A DNA stretch of 29,919 nt from a virus. Its lineage: Duplodnaviria; Caudoviricetes. Below are positions 17,042 through 26,300 of this stretch, piece after piece. Where the stretch lies: the IMG/VR virus record IMGVR_UViG_3300033076_000418, positions 1-29,919 of that record, one strand, 5' to 3'. Within the stretch, counting starts at the first letter, position 1; each line of letters opens with the position of its first letter. A program made the position numbers and the translations under genes. Below the pieces are notes generated by a model. It was not told the origin of the DNA and ran no database searches. It was given only the letters and a program-made list of their open reading frames with translations.

Positions 17042-17571
17042 ACAGACTCGGACACGAAAACGCCAGCTTTTTCACTGGCAAGGAAGTAGAACATACTCCT
17101 GTGCATGGTCATCAAACTATGTTTGTAATAGGCCTACAACCTGCAGAACAAATTGCCTGGCAAATTGGTGAAGCAGATCGCAAGAATAGGCATCCTATTA
17201 CACATATCTACTTTGGTGCTAACATGAGCTTTCCCAATCCTGACACCAACGATGCTGAAACTTGGACGGCGTGGGAAACTATGATTCAACACTTCTTGGA
17301 TCAAGGATACTGGTGTACACTAGACCTAGACATCAAGTGTGTAGAAGGTTTGTGCGAAGGTGGGCTGTGTGAACAAGCACAGTTTGTTCCTATGATCTCA
17401 GCCAAATTGCCTTATATCCAACAGCTAGGATATAACGCCACACTCAAACTAGACGACAAAGATTTTAAGGCAACCAATCCTGGTGTTTGGTGCCACAGCT
17501 TGCATGACCTCAAAGACCGTGCAAAATTTACAACTTGGGACCAATACACTAAAGACGAGGTACAAAAATGA
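17038..17571 (+). CDS. Hypothetical protein, possibly a QueE-like partial barrel lacking the CxxxCxxC motif
   Basis: ATGA-coupled to dpdA. Segments FFTGKEVEHTPVHGHQTMFVIG, HIYFGAN, QGYWCTLD, MISAK and LKLD echo the QueE motif order. The CDS itself is solid; the fold call is tentative. Confidence 0.4.
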   Translation: MNRLGHENASFFTGKEVEHTPVHGHQTMFVIGLQPAEQIAWQIGEADRKNRHPITHIYFGANMSFPNPDTNDAETWTAWETMIQHFLDQGYWCTLDLDIKCVEGLCEGGLCEQAQFVPMISAKLPYIQQLGYNATLKLDDKDFKATNPGVWCHSLHDLKDRAKFTTWDQYTKDEVQK

Positions 17572-18008
17572 ATGCAGAACAACGAGCACAAGTAGAAAGA
17601 ATCAAGGAACGTGCAGATCGCAAGATCTGGGTCACATTCCGCAAAGAAGGAATACACAAATATCCTGCGGCAGCAACTGACCCTAGTCTCGCAACAGGCG
17701 ATCAGTACGATGTTAGCTTTTTAGGCGTGCCACATCGCCATATCTTTCACTTCCGTGTTTGGATCGATGTATTCCACAACGACCGAGATGTTGAGTTTAT
17801 TCAATTCAAACGTTGGCTGGAAAATCTCTACGCAGGTGGAACCCTTGAACTTAACTTCAAGAGCTGCGAAATGATCAGTGACGATTTGTATTTGCAAATC
17901 GCCAACAAGTATCCTGACCGTAGTGTTTGGATTGAGGTAGCCGAAGATGGTGAAAACGGCGCTCTCGTTAAGTATGAAACTCACCGCCCACAAATGATCA
18001 GTGTTTAA
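17568..18008 (+). CDS. QueD/PTPS-like T-fold protein (divergent paralog)
   Basis: F-x-x-E-G-I-H, PHRHIF (H-x-H Zn motif), VEFIQFK, SCEMI (T/S-x-E), IEVAEDGEN. No catalytic Cys before H-x-H. Confidence 0.65.
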   Translation: MNAEQRAQVERIKERADRKIWVTFRKEGIHKYPAAATDPSLATGDQYDVSFLGVPHRHIFHFRVWIDVFHNDRDVEFIQFKRWLENLYAGGTLELNFKSCEMISDDLYLQIANKYPDRSVWIEVAEDGENGALVKYETHRPQMISV

Positions 18009-18019
18009 GGAAAAACAAA

Positions 18020-18244
18020 ATGGCAAAATATAACCACAAACCTAACTCTCGTGTAACTGAGATCCAAGACGATCTCGAAAAGCTCTTGGCATTCTGTCAA
18101 GACTTTGGATATCGCTTCAACGAAGCGGATCTGTATAACTTCAAGAGTTATGCGTGGCAACAATACAACAAGTTCTCACAAGGCAAGAATGCCAAGAACA
18201 TGTGGGACGAAGATACACGTAGATTTGCTGGCTACAGAGGTTAA
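18020..18244 (+). CDS. Small hypothetical protein
   Basis: 74-aa ORF with AAGGA SD, in operon. Confidence 0.7.
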   Translation: MAKYNHKPNSRVTEIQDDLEKLLAFCQDFGYRFNEADLYNFKSYAWQQYNKFSQGKNAKNMWDEDTRRFAGYRG

Positions 18245-18246
18245 GC

Positions 18247-18693
18247 ATGGGAGCCGCTAGAGAAAAGGATCAAGCGGACTTTGACTTTGAACGCTTTGTT
18301 GAGCTGTTTGACGAAGCAATGACAAGTACAGATCCGCGAGTGATGGAAACACTACGCAGCTTAATGATGATTGTTACACTGACTCGTCCTGAGTCAAATG
18401 ACATATACAATTCACGTAAAGGCCCGTTGCGAAGAGCGTTCGAAGACATGAATCAAATGTGGAAACGCATGGAGCAGATGGAGGAAGAACTTCGCCAAAT
18501 GCATCAGCGTATGAGTCAACGTGATCGTGAACTTGGTCGATGGCCTAGAGAAGAAGCAGCTATGGAAAAATATTCAATGGCAGCAGCCTCACAAATGGCA
18601 CAGAGCATTGATCAAGATGTCATGCGGCAACTCTCAAGAAGTGCCACAATGGCAATCAACGGCGGGTTAGTTTCACCCAAAGGGTCAAAATAA
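18247..18693 (+). CDS. Hypothetical coiled-coil protein
   Basis: 148-aa M/Q/E/R-rich ORF filling the operon gap. Confidence 0.65.
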   Translation: MGAAREKDQADFDFERFVELFDEAMTSTDPRVMETLRSLMMIVTLTRPESNDIYNSRKGPLRRAFEDMNQMWKRMEQMEEELRQMHQRMSQRDRELGRWPREEAAMEKYSMAAASQMAQSIDQDVMRQLSRSATMAINGGLVSPKGSK

Positions 18694-18694
18694 C

Positions 18695-19555
18695 ATGCAA
18701 GTTTATTTTCCTAACTTTAACACCAAACAGGGTGCTATAGGAATATTTGACTATCTTGCCGCATCAAAAGATTCTACTGAAAGTAATGTAATTTTTAATT
18801 CAGATTTAAATTTAGAAGAATTGACACACTTACCAGGCGGAACAGGACCAATTGACAACTACGATAATGTCAACGATTCAAATACACGCTCATTCATCGG
18901 TTATGTTATTGAGAATTTAAGCAACAAAAATGCTCAGTTGTTTCAAGATCTCTATGTGTTGTGGAAGTTAAAAAACAAAAACAAAGGAGTATTTGTTGAA
19001 GTAGGAACAGCTTTTCCTACCGGCAACAATAACACCTGGACTTTAGAATCAGAGGCTCAGTGGCAAGGTGTGTTAATTGAGCCGAATCCTGTTTTCCACA
19101 AGAGCATCCTGGCAGCAAGATCTATGCCGTTGGAAACTCGAGCTATACATTATCAGTCTGATTCTAGTCTTGTTTTAGAAATAGTCAATGACTTTCATGC
19201 TGGCGGTGGCCTCAAAGAAAATTATGAAATCAAAGTTGGGCAGGTCATAGAAAACAGCCAAGAGGTTGTCGTAGATACAATTTCCTTAACTCAGTGTTTG
19301 GAAAAATACAGCATACCAAAAGATTTTGATTACCTGAGCTATGATACCACCGGCAATCAAGCAGACGTCCAAAACATACGTGACATTTTCGCACACAATT
19401 ATTTTCCTAAAATAATTACAATTGGTCACAATTATAAAAGTCATAGACCAGCATTGCATAATATGCTACAATCACACGGATACACTAGAGAATTTGACTA
19501 TCTCAGTAAGTGGGATGATTGGTATTATCACAACACATTGAAAGACAATACATGA
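18695..19555 (+). CDS. FkbM-family methyltransferase
   Basis: AQLFQDLYV, GVFVEVGT, NNTWTLE...WQGVLIEPNP, VDTISL, DYLSYDT, DDWY. Confidence 0.75.
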   Translation: MQVYFPNFNTKQGAIGIFDYLAASKDSTESNVIFNSDLNLEELTHLPGGTGPIDNYDNVNDSNTRSFIGYVIENLSNKNAQLFQDLYVLWKLKNKNKGVFVEVGTAFPTGNNNTWTLESEAQWQGVLIEPNPVFHKSILAARSMPLETRAIHYQSDSSLVLEIVNDFHAGGGLKENYEIKVGQVIENSQEVVVDTISLTQCLEKYSIPKDFDYLSYDTTGNQADVQNIRDIFAHNYFPKIITIGHNYKSHRPALHNMLQSHGYTREFDYLSKWDDWYYHNTLKDNT

Positions 19556-20766
19556 GAAAACTATACTACATGGGCTTGGAAAGTTATGAAGCCCGCTACA
19601 CGCTACAACTCACAGAGTGGAACCGTCGTGTGTTTGAGCGTCGTGGGCTAGACGTTGTTTATGTGCCCGGTACAACGATTGATAATACACAGGCTATATC
19701 TGTAGGTCAAGTGCTAGACGCACACGGACGCAGTTATTTCTCAATGAGCCAAATGATGAACTTGGTTCAGTTGATGAAGAACGGTGAAGTAACTGGTGAA
19801 GATGTTATCTATTTCGAAGACATGTTCCAGCCAGGCTTTGAAAGCCTTGGTTACATCATGAATCAAATTCCCCGCGAACAATGCCCAAGAATTTACGTGC
19901 GTTGTTTGGCACAAGCAATCGATCCCGATGACTTTGTGCATGTTTGGGGCATGGCAAAGTGGATGAACTTGTATGAGCAAATGGTCAATGAGATGGTTGC
20001 GTTCAGCGGCGGAGCAGTTCTTGCTACCAACGAAGAAATGGTGGCGCACATGCGTATTGCTGGTTGGACCGCTCCTATCTACAACATTTCCGGCCTTGCA
20101 TTTGGAAAAGAAGAAGTTCTTGGCCGCATTGGAGGTGCACAGAATATCACTGCGTTTGGTTCGCGTCCAAGAAGGGTCGGGTTCGCGGCACGTTTTGATC
20201 AGGAGAAGCAGCCTGGATTCTTTATGGACCTTATTGAAATGTATGGCGAGCTCACCAGCGAACCATGTGAGTTTGCAATTTACAGTGGCGGACCTTTGCG
20301 ATCCAACAATCCAGAGTATGTGGAACGTGCCCGCCGTATGGAGGCAGAAGGCAAACTCCGGATCTACGATAACATAAGCAAGAATGAATACTATGCTCAC
20401 CTTAATAACACAAGGGTGTTGTTTAATTGTGCTTTACAAGATTGGGTGTCTAACACAGTCTCAGAAGCTGACACCCTGGGAAGCAATGTTTTGTATCCTG
20501 CTTATCGGAGTTTTCCTGAAACATTTGCAAACGATTCAAACCGCCTTTACGTTCCTTGGAGCATAGATGATGCTTATCACAAATTGCAAAACTTACTTCG
20601 TGAGCCGCATCACAACATGGGTCTCATTAGCGATTGGAATGACGGAACTGTTGATCGGATCGTTGATATTATTACTGGCAACGGTGATCAATGGAATCGG
20701 GCAGGCAATAGATATCGTGACCATGTTGCTCACGAAAAATATCAAGTTGTAAAGATTGAAGAATGA
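19552..20766 (+). CDS. GT-B fold (GT4-like) glycosyltransferase
   Basis: FAARFDQEKQP (R..EK), QDWVSNTVSEA (D/E-x7-E), LYPAYRSFPE. Start reassigned to ATG 19552 (ATGA overlap). Confidence 0.75.
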   Translation: MRKLYYMGLESYEARYTLQLTEWNRRVFERRGLDVVYVPGTTIDNTQAISVGQVLDAHGRSYFSMSQMMNLVQLMKNGEVTGEDVIYFEDMFQPGFESLGYIMNQIPREQCPRIYVRCLAQAIDPDDFVHVWGMAKWMNLYEQMVNEMVAFSGGAVLATNEEMVAHMRIAGWTAPIYNISGLAFGKEEVLGRIGGAQNITAFGSRPRRVGFAARFDQEKQPGFFMDLIEMYGELTSEPCEFAIYSGGPLRSNNPEYVERARRMEAEGKLRIYDNISKNEYYAHLNNTRVLFNCALQDWVSNTVSEADTLGSNVLYPAYRSFPETFANDSNRLYVPWSIDDAYHKLQNLLREPHHNMGLISDWNDGTVDRIVDIITGNGDQWNRAGNRYRDHVAHEKYQVVKIEE

Positions 20767-21713
20767 GTGTTGTAATCGTTACCGGCTCGGCCGGATACAT
20801 CGGTGGACAGACTGCCTTGTTGTTGAAAGACGCAGGGCACGAAGTCTATGGCATCGATCGTAGAGAACCCCCTAAACATTTACAAGGTGTGGTTGATAGA
20901 TTCTTGCTGCAAGACTTTGCTAGTGATGTAGCACTGAGTTGGATTATCGCCAAACAACCTGCGGCTATCATTCATTGTGCTGGCACAAGTCTTGTTGGTC
21001 CTAGTGTAAAGGATCCAGCAGAATACTACAACAACAATGTAGCCAAGACATTAAAGTTATTAGACATTGTTCGCAAAAGTTTGCCTCGCACTAGAGTTAT
21101 TTTTAGTTCTAGTGCTGCTACATACGGCGAACCACTGATGGGTGCATGTCACGAAGTTGATCCTTGCCAACCACTAAGCCCTTATGGCGAAAGCAAGCTG
21201 ATGATTGACATGATGTTGGAATCATATCACCGGGCTTATGGGCTTGACTATGTTAGCTTCCGCTACTTCAATGCCTGCGGTGCTGATTCCCAAGGACGAC
21301 ACGGACAAGAGCCCGGTGCCACGCATTTGATTGCAAGAGTGTTAGAAGCCACAAGAGACAATGAAACATTCAAGATTTATGGGGTTGACTACCCTACTAG
21401 TGACGGTACCTGCATACGTGATTATGTCCATGTTGAAGATATTGCTAGAGCACACGCTTTGGCGTTGTATCACAAGATTCCGGCAGGGGTATATAACCTT
21501 GGATCAAATCAAGGGACCACAGTTAAACAAGTAGTAGAACGAGCAATGGCTGTTACTGGCAAGCAACCTGAAATTATGTTTGGTGCTGCTCGTGCTGGCG
21601 ATCCTGCCGCACTCACTGCCAGTGCAGACAAGTTCAATCTTGTAGCTGGTGCTTGGCGACACTATGAACTAGATGATATGATCCGTCATGCATGGGCATG
21701 GTATGTTCAATGA
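20763..21713 (+). CDS. galE: UDP-glucose 4-epimerase
   Basis: TGSAGYIG, FSSSAATYG, YGESK (YxxxK), RYFNACGAD, DGTCIRDYVHV, RAGDP. Confidence 0.92.
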   Translation: MSVVIVTGSAGYIGGQTALLLKDAGHEVYGIDRREPPKHLQGVVDRFLLQDFASDVALSWIIAKQPAAIIHCAGTSLVGPSVKDPAEYYNNNVAKTLKLLDIVRKSLPRTRVIFSSSAATYGEPLMGACHEVDPCQPLSPYGESKLMIDMMLESYHRAYGLDYVSFRYFNACGADSQGRHGQEPGATHLIARVLEATRDNETFKIYGVDYPTSDGTCIRDYVHVEDIARAHALALYHKIPAGVYNLGSNQGTTVKQVVERAMAVTGKQPEIMFGAARAGDPAALTASADKFNLVAGAWRHYELDDMIRHAWAWYVQ

Positions 21714-22650
21714 TCCTAACATTTATTATTTAGATAGACCAAAATTTTTTGGATCTTGGCAGTTACCGGAGCAAATAATTGACCAGCTACGGAAACATAA
21801 GCTAGTTATCGTTGATTTATCGTCGGAACATTGGGGCGGAACATTTGAGAATACATACAAGAACTTCGATGAGTGGGGGATAAATTTTTTATTATTAAGC
21901 CACGAACCTAGCGATCATAAAAAATTTGATCGCATGCTATACTACCCGCATTGGTATCATTGGTCTGTGGATAATTTTAATGTTTCAAGATATTTTACAG
22001 ACATAAAAAAATATCATTGGTCTTGTCTTAATCTCACTCCTAGATTCCATAGAATACAAAATTACATGCTAAGTCGTGCAAAATCTTACTATGCACAGGC
22101 AAAATTTTCTATGCACAATTTGCCTGATTTTGATACTGACCCAACGAGGGTCGACGACTATAAGTTAGATGAACATATCCTACACGAATGGAATACCGTG
22201 AGGACAATGTTACCAACAAGGATTCAACGGCATTCAGGAAATCCAGCACAATCTCTTATTACGCCAGAGCTCATCGATTCGTATATACACTTGATCACCG
22301 AGACAACCGTTTTGCCTAGAGTTTTCTTGACAGAAAAAACTTGGAAGCCGATTGCTATGCAGCAAATATTTTTATTATTTGGAAATCCTGGAAGTGTTGA
22401 AGCTCTACGTCGGCTAGGTGTCGACGTTTTCGACGATATAGTCGATCATAAGTATGACGGCGAGACAGATTGGTTACGCAGACTTGACATGATTCATCAG
22501 TCACTCGAATCTTTGTTGAATCAAGATTTACAAGCAATCTATCAACAAACCAAAACTAGACGTCAACAAAATCATCTAAAATTTAAAAACAAGGAATTTG
22601 GAGTACAGTATCAACGTGATCTGTCGGATGCTATTGCAAGGTACTGTTAA
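21703..22650 (+). CDS. Putative glycosyltransferase of the phage 'TEKT' family
   Basis: CLNLTPRFHR, IHLITET...FLTEKTWKPI...LGVDVFDDIVDHKYDGETD...R. Likely start ATG 21703. Confidence 0.5.
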   Translation: MFNDPNIYYLDRPKFFGSWQLPEQIIDQLRKHKLVIVDLSSEHWGGTFENTYKNFDEWGINFLLLSHEPSDHKKFDRMLYYPHWYHWSVDNFNVSRYFTDIKKYHWSCLNLTPRFHRIQNYMLSRAKSYYAQAKFSMHNLPDFDTDPTRVDDYKLDEHILHEWNTVRTMLPTRIQRHSGNPAQSLITPELIDSYIHLITETTVLPRVFLTEKTWKPIAMQQIFLLFGNPGSVEALRRLGVDVFDDIVDHKYDGETDWLRRLDMIHQSLESLLNQDLQAIYQQTKTRRQQNHLKFKNKEFGVQYQRDLSDAIARYC

Positions 22651-22654
22651 TATT

Positions 22655-23671
22655 ATGAAACTGTGGGTATTTGGAGATAGTTTATCACTGGCATATCATG
22701 TAGAATCCAAAGGATGGCCTGAATTATTAGCAGGTAAGCTAAATTGCGAGTATACTAATTTTGCCCAGCCTGCTGCTGATAATTTTTTTATATACAGTTC
22801 CTATCTACATGCTTTGCCCGAGATTAAAAGCAACGACATAGTGGTCATTGGCTGGAGTCATCCGTCTCGAAAAAGTTTTGTATTTGATAAGTCTAATCCT
22901 GAACACTTGAAATCTGTAGAAACTAGTCATATATACAAAACTGATATTGAGTTTATTCGAAGTAAAAATCAACTCAATGATACGTTAACTAAATGGAAAA
23001 CACTTTCTCCAGTACCGCAGAACAAACTATTCTACGATACCTGGTACAGAGACTACTATTCGATTACTGAGCAACGATCAAACTTGTTTGCATATCATAG
23101 TTCGGCTATATCAACTTGCCCCGGATACTATATTCCGTTTTTCTTCAGTTTAGAGAGCATCGAAGGTCTAAGCATAGATTCCTATGTTGGTACTATGTTA
23201 GAGTTTATATCTGCTAATCAGTGCTCAATAAATCCCACCGATGCTCACTTGAATAGCACCGGTCATTGTCTATGGGCAGACAATATTTTCAGCTGTATCA
23301 AACAATCTAGAAACAAGACGTTGTTTCCGATGATTGAGTTGATCGATAGGTACACAATTGCAAAATTAAAATTTTCCAAAACGCAGGCTAATTTAGAAGA
23401 AGTTGAGTTTTACAAACAACAACTTAGATGCTATAATTTAGATCTTGTTTCTGACATGGTTGACGAGTTATATCAAATACATGCCGAAATCTGGAGATTA
23501 GAGGCTGAGTTAAAATCTGGTCAGGAACACAAACTAAGTTTTGAAGAATTAGGTAAGAGAGCTGTTGCAATTAGAAATTTTAACCATCGACGCATAGAAC
23601 TTAAAAACAAGATAGCAGATACGTTTGGCGATGTTGTTAAGGAAATTAAAAAGGATCACCTAAGTCAATGA
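22655..23671 (+). CDS. SGNH hydrolase-like domain fused to a DUF6165-like helical domain
   Basis: MKLWVFGDSLS (GDS), IGWS, DAHLNSTGH (DxH). C-terminal ELIDRYTIAKLK...IWRLE...NHRRIELKNKI...EIK. Start reassigned to ATG 22655. Confidence 0.6.
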   Translation: MKLWVFGDSLSLAYHVESKGWPELLAGKLNCEYTNFAQPAADNFFIYSSYLHALPEIKSNDIVVIGWSHPSRKSFVFDKSNPEHLKSVETSHIYKTDIEFIRSKNQLNDTLTKWKTLSPVPQNKLFYDTWYRDYYSITEQRSNLFAYHSSAISTCPGYYIPFFFSLESIEGLSIDSYVGTMLEFISANQCSINPTDAHLNSTGHCLWADNIFSCIKQSRNKTLFPMIELIDRYTIAKLKFSKTQANLEEVEFYKQQLRCYNLDLVSDMVDELYQIHAEIWRLEAELKSGQEHKLSFEELGKRAVAIRNFNHRRIELKNKIADTFGDVVKEIKKDHLSQ

Positions 23672-24276
23672 CATTTGAAAAAATTAAACAATTTGAAGAC
23701 GCTCTGTCAGAATACACCGGAGCACCTTATGCAATCATGACCGATTGCTGCACACACGCTATTGAGCTGTGCTTACGATATGATGACATTGGGGAATGTA
23801 CCTTTACTCCGTTTACGTATTTGAGCATTCCGATGACTATGCACAAGTTGGGAATCAAATACCACTACTATCCAGATTCGTTGCCGCACAGACAGCAATG
23901 GGTCGGGGAATACAAGTTCGAAGGCACACGCATTTGGGACAGTGCAAGACGCCTTGAGCCAGGTATGTATAGACCAGGAATGATGCAATGTCTAAGTTTT
24001 GGGCATACAAAGCCTTTACATATAGGTCACGGTGGTGCTATACTATTAGATGACAAGGCAGCATATGACAAGATAATTCGTATGCGGTATGATGGTCGCG
24101 ATCTAAATATATCACCCTGGGTAGAGCAAAAGGAATTCACAGTTGGATACCACTACAAACCAAGCATTGAAGACGCCATCTCAGGCTTGGCTTTGCTGGA
24201 GGGCCTTAAGGAATTTCCTGTCAGGCCGCAACCCGTCGCCTACCCCGATCTTAGGAATATTAACATTACGGAATAA
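23668..24276 (+). CDS. DegT/DnrJ/EryC1/StrS-family PLP aminotransferase-like protein (short form)
   Basis: FEDALSEYTGAPYAI..DCCTHAI, WDSA, SFGHTKPL (PLP Lys), GGAIL. Confidence 0.75.
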   Translation: MTFEKIKQFEDALSEYTGAPYAIMTDCCTHAIELCLRYDDIGECTFTPFTYLSIPMTMHKLGIKYHYYPDSLPHRQQWVGEYKFEGTRIWDSARRLEPGMYRPGMMQCLSFGHTKPLHIGHGGAILLDDKAAYDKIIRMRYDGRDLNISPWVEQKEFTVGYHYKPSIEDAISGLALLEGLKEFPVRPQPVAYPDLRNINITE

Positions 24277-24279
24277 AAA

Positions 24280-24981
24280 ATGACAGACAACAGTTTAAAC
24301 CTATCACAAGTAATTCGCAAACGCTTGACCGACGCAGACAAACGCTTCTGGGCTGGCGACAATATCAGTGAGTTTATCACTGACAAAGAGAAAGATATGC
24401 TAGTTGACGAACTCACTGGCAAGTTCGAAGGTGTGCTTGATAGTTTGATTATTGATCGACACAATGATCCAAACTCACAGGGCACAGCTCGACGTTTAGC
24501 AAAGATGTATGTATATGAAATCATGGCTGGCAGGTACGAGGAGAGCCCTAATGCTACGGCTTTCCCCAATGATACAGAAGGAAAATACGAAGGCATGTTG
24601 GTTGTGCGTTCAGAGCTTAAGAGCATGTGTTCGCATCATCACCAGCCTGTTACGGGTGTGGCTTATATTGGAATCATTGCTGGACCCAAACTCATTGGTC
24701 TTTCAAAATACACACGTATTGCACAATGGTGTGCTCGCAGAGGGACTCTCCAAGAAGAACTATGTATGGATATTGCAAGAGAAATTGAAGCAGCGACTGG
24801 CTCCAGCGACGTTGCGGTTTATATCCAAGCTACCCACGGATGTTGTGAGAATCGTGGTATTATGGCCCATAGTAGTCTTACCCAGACCACAGTTCTTCAC
24901 GGTGCATTCAAGACAGATGCAGGCGTAAAGAAAGAGTTTTTTGACAACATCAAACTACAACAGGACTTTGCCCCACGATGA
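24280..24981 (+). CDS. folE: GTP cyclohydrolase I
   Basis: TARRLAKMY, SMCSHHHQP, IGLSKYTRI, LQEEL, HGCCENRG. Confidence 0.95.
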   Translation: MTDNSLNLSQVIRKRLTDADKRFWAGDNISEFITDKEKDMLVDELTGKFEGVLDSLIIDRHNDPNSQGTARRLAKMYVYEIMAGRYEESPNATAFPNDTEGKYEGMLVVRSELKSMCSHHHQPVTGVAYIGIIAGPKLIGLSKYTRIAQWCARRGTLQEELCMDIAREIEAATGSSDVAVYIQATHGCCENRGIMAHSSLTQTTVLHGAFKTDAGVKKEFFDNIKLQQDFAPR

Positions 24982-25091
24982 TTGTTATAACAAATCGCAC
25001 TGGTGACATACAGTTGCCAGTACAGGAAGGCCTGCTAGAATGGTTGCAGGCTCACTATCCATATTCACAATACCACTTAGCTGAAATATGA
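24978..25091 (+). CDS. 37-aa small protein missed by the ORF track
   Basis: MIVITNRTGDIQLPVQEGLLEWLQAHYPYSQYHLAEI. ATGA overlaps with both the folE stop and the HIT start. Confidence 0.65.
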   Translation: MIVITNRTGDIQLPVQEGLLEWLQAHYPYSQYHLAEI

Positions 25092-25486
25092 AATACGAAA
25101 CATTAGAAGCAGCAGCCAAAGCAGGCGTAGCTCCTTGGGATCTAAAAGTCAAAGAGCTCAGTGACTTTCATGTTGCTGTATTTCAAGATCGTTTTCCTGT
25201 AACAAAGGGTCACCTATTGTTTGTGCCAATGTACAACACCGCTGCCATGATCAAAGATTGTTTTATGTCTGCGTATTATCATGGCCAAAAGTTGGTAGAG
25301 AGAGGCGAGTGCGATGCGTTCAATGTGGGTATAAATATGGGCAAGGCCGCAGGACAAACAGTTATGTACCCACATGTACATTTGATTCCTAGACGAGCCG
25401 GCGATTGCGAAGATCCCGTAGGTGGCGTGCGTGGAGTTATAGCTGGACAAGCAAACTATCACAAAGACACTTATCAACAACCATGA
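25088..25486 (+). CDS. HIT-family nucleotide hydrolase
   Basis: DRFPVTKGHLLFVP, FNVGINMGKAAGQTVMYPHVHLIPR. Confidence 0.9.
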   Translation: MKYETLEAAAKAGVAPWDLKVKELSDFHVAVFQDRFPVTKGHLLFVPMYNTAAMIKDCFMSAYYHGQKLVERGECDAFNVGINMGKAAGQTVMYPHVHLIPRRAGDCEDPVGGVRGVIAGQANYHKDTYQQP

Positions 25487-25487
25487 T

Positions 25488-26300
25488 ATGTTCCTAGGAC
25501 TCAAACAAGATTTCAAAGCTGATTCAGTGGTACCTTTGTCGCAGCTCAACAAACTATGGGCTGTGGCCAATCATCGCGACAATTTTTACTTGCTGTCCAA
25601 TGTGTGTCCACACCAGCGTAGCAAGATCAATCAATGCCAATCCACCGAACTCAAATGCCCGTACCATGGACTGAAGTTTGACATATTGGGCATGGGCATA
25701 GACAACAATTTTGTGCTGCCGAAACAATTGTGCCACAGTGACGATGCTATGTTGTTTGATCAACCAGTGAACTATCACTTTCCTGTGTCTACACAGCATT
25801 TCAAACTAGTTGAACACAGAAGAGACACAGTGAATGCCGCAGTTGAAATTGTCATGGATGTGTTTTTGGACATAGATCACATTCCTGTTGCTCACCCTGG
25901 TGTGTACGACAAGGTAGGAATTACCAACGTTGACACATTGACCTACACTACATTCACTGGCGGATCGGTTCAGTTTGTACCTGCTCAAAGCAATGAACAC
26001 ATGGTAGAGGACGATCGCAAAATAGGTTTGGGTGCTTGCTGGATGGCGTTGTATCCCGGCACAATGATTGAGTGGCAACCTGGTGCGTTGTTTGTCACTG
26101 TGGCCACAGATCAAGGTGTTGAAGTTTACAAATACCGCGACACAAGATATCCCGATCATAGTTGGAAAATCAACGAAGATGTGTGGGAACTGGCTTGGGC
26201 ACAAGACAAAGCTCTCAGTGAAAATATTGCTAACCTAGCTTACAGCAATTTAGACAGCCTCAAACAACATCACAGAGAATGGATTCAACATGCTATGTAA
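25488..26300 (+). CDS. Rieske [2Fe-2S] non-heme iron oxygenase alpha-subunit-like protein
   Basis: NVCPHQ...CPYHG Rieske ligands, DIDHIPVAH mononuclear Fe motif, late QD. Confidence 0.85.
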   Translation: MFLGLKQDFKADSVVPLSQLNKLWAVANHRDNFYLLSNVCPHQRSKINQCQSTELKCPYHGLKFDILGMGIDNNFVLPKQLCHSDDAMLFDQPVNYHFPVSTQHFKLVEHRRDTVNAAVEIVMDVFLDIDHIPVAHPGVYDKVGITNVDTLTYTTFTGGSVQFVPAQSNEHMVEDDRKIGLGACWMALYPGTMIEWQPGALFVTVATDQGVEVYKYRDTRYPDHSWKINEDVWELAWAQDKALSENIANLAYSNLDSLKQHHREWIQHAM

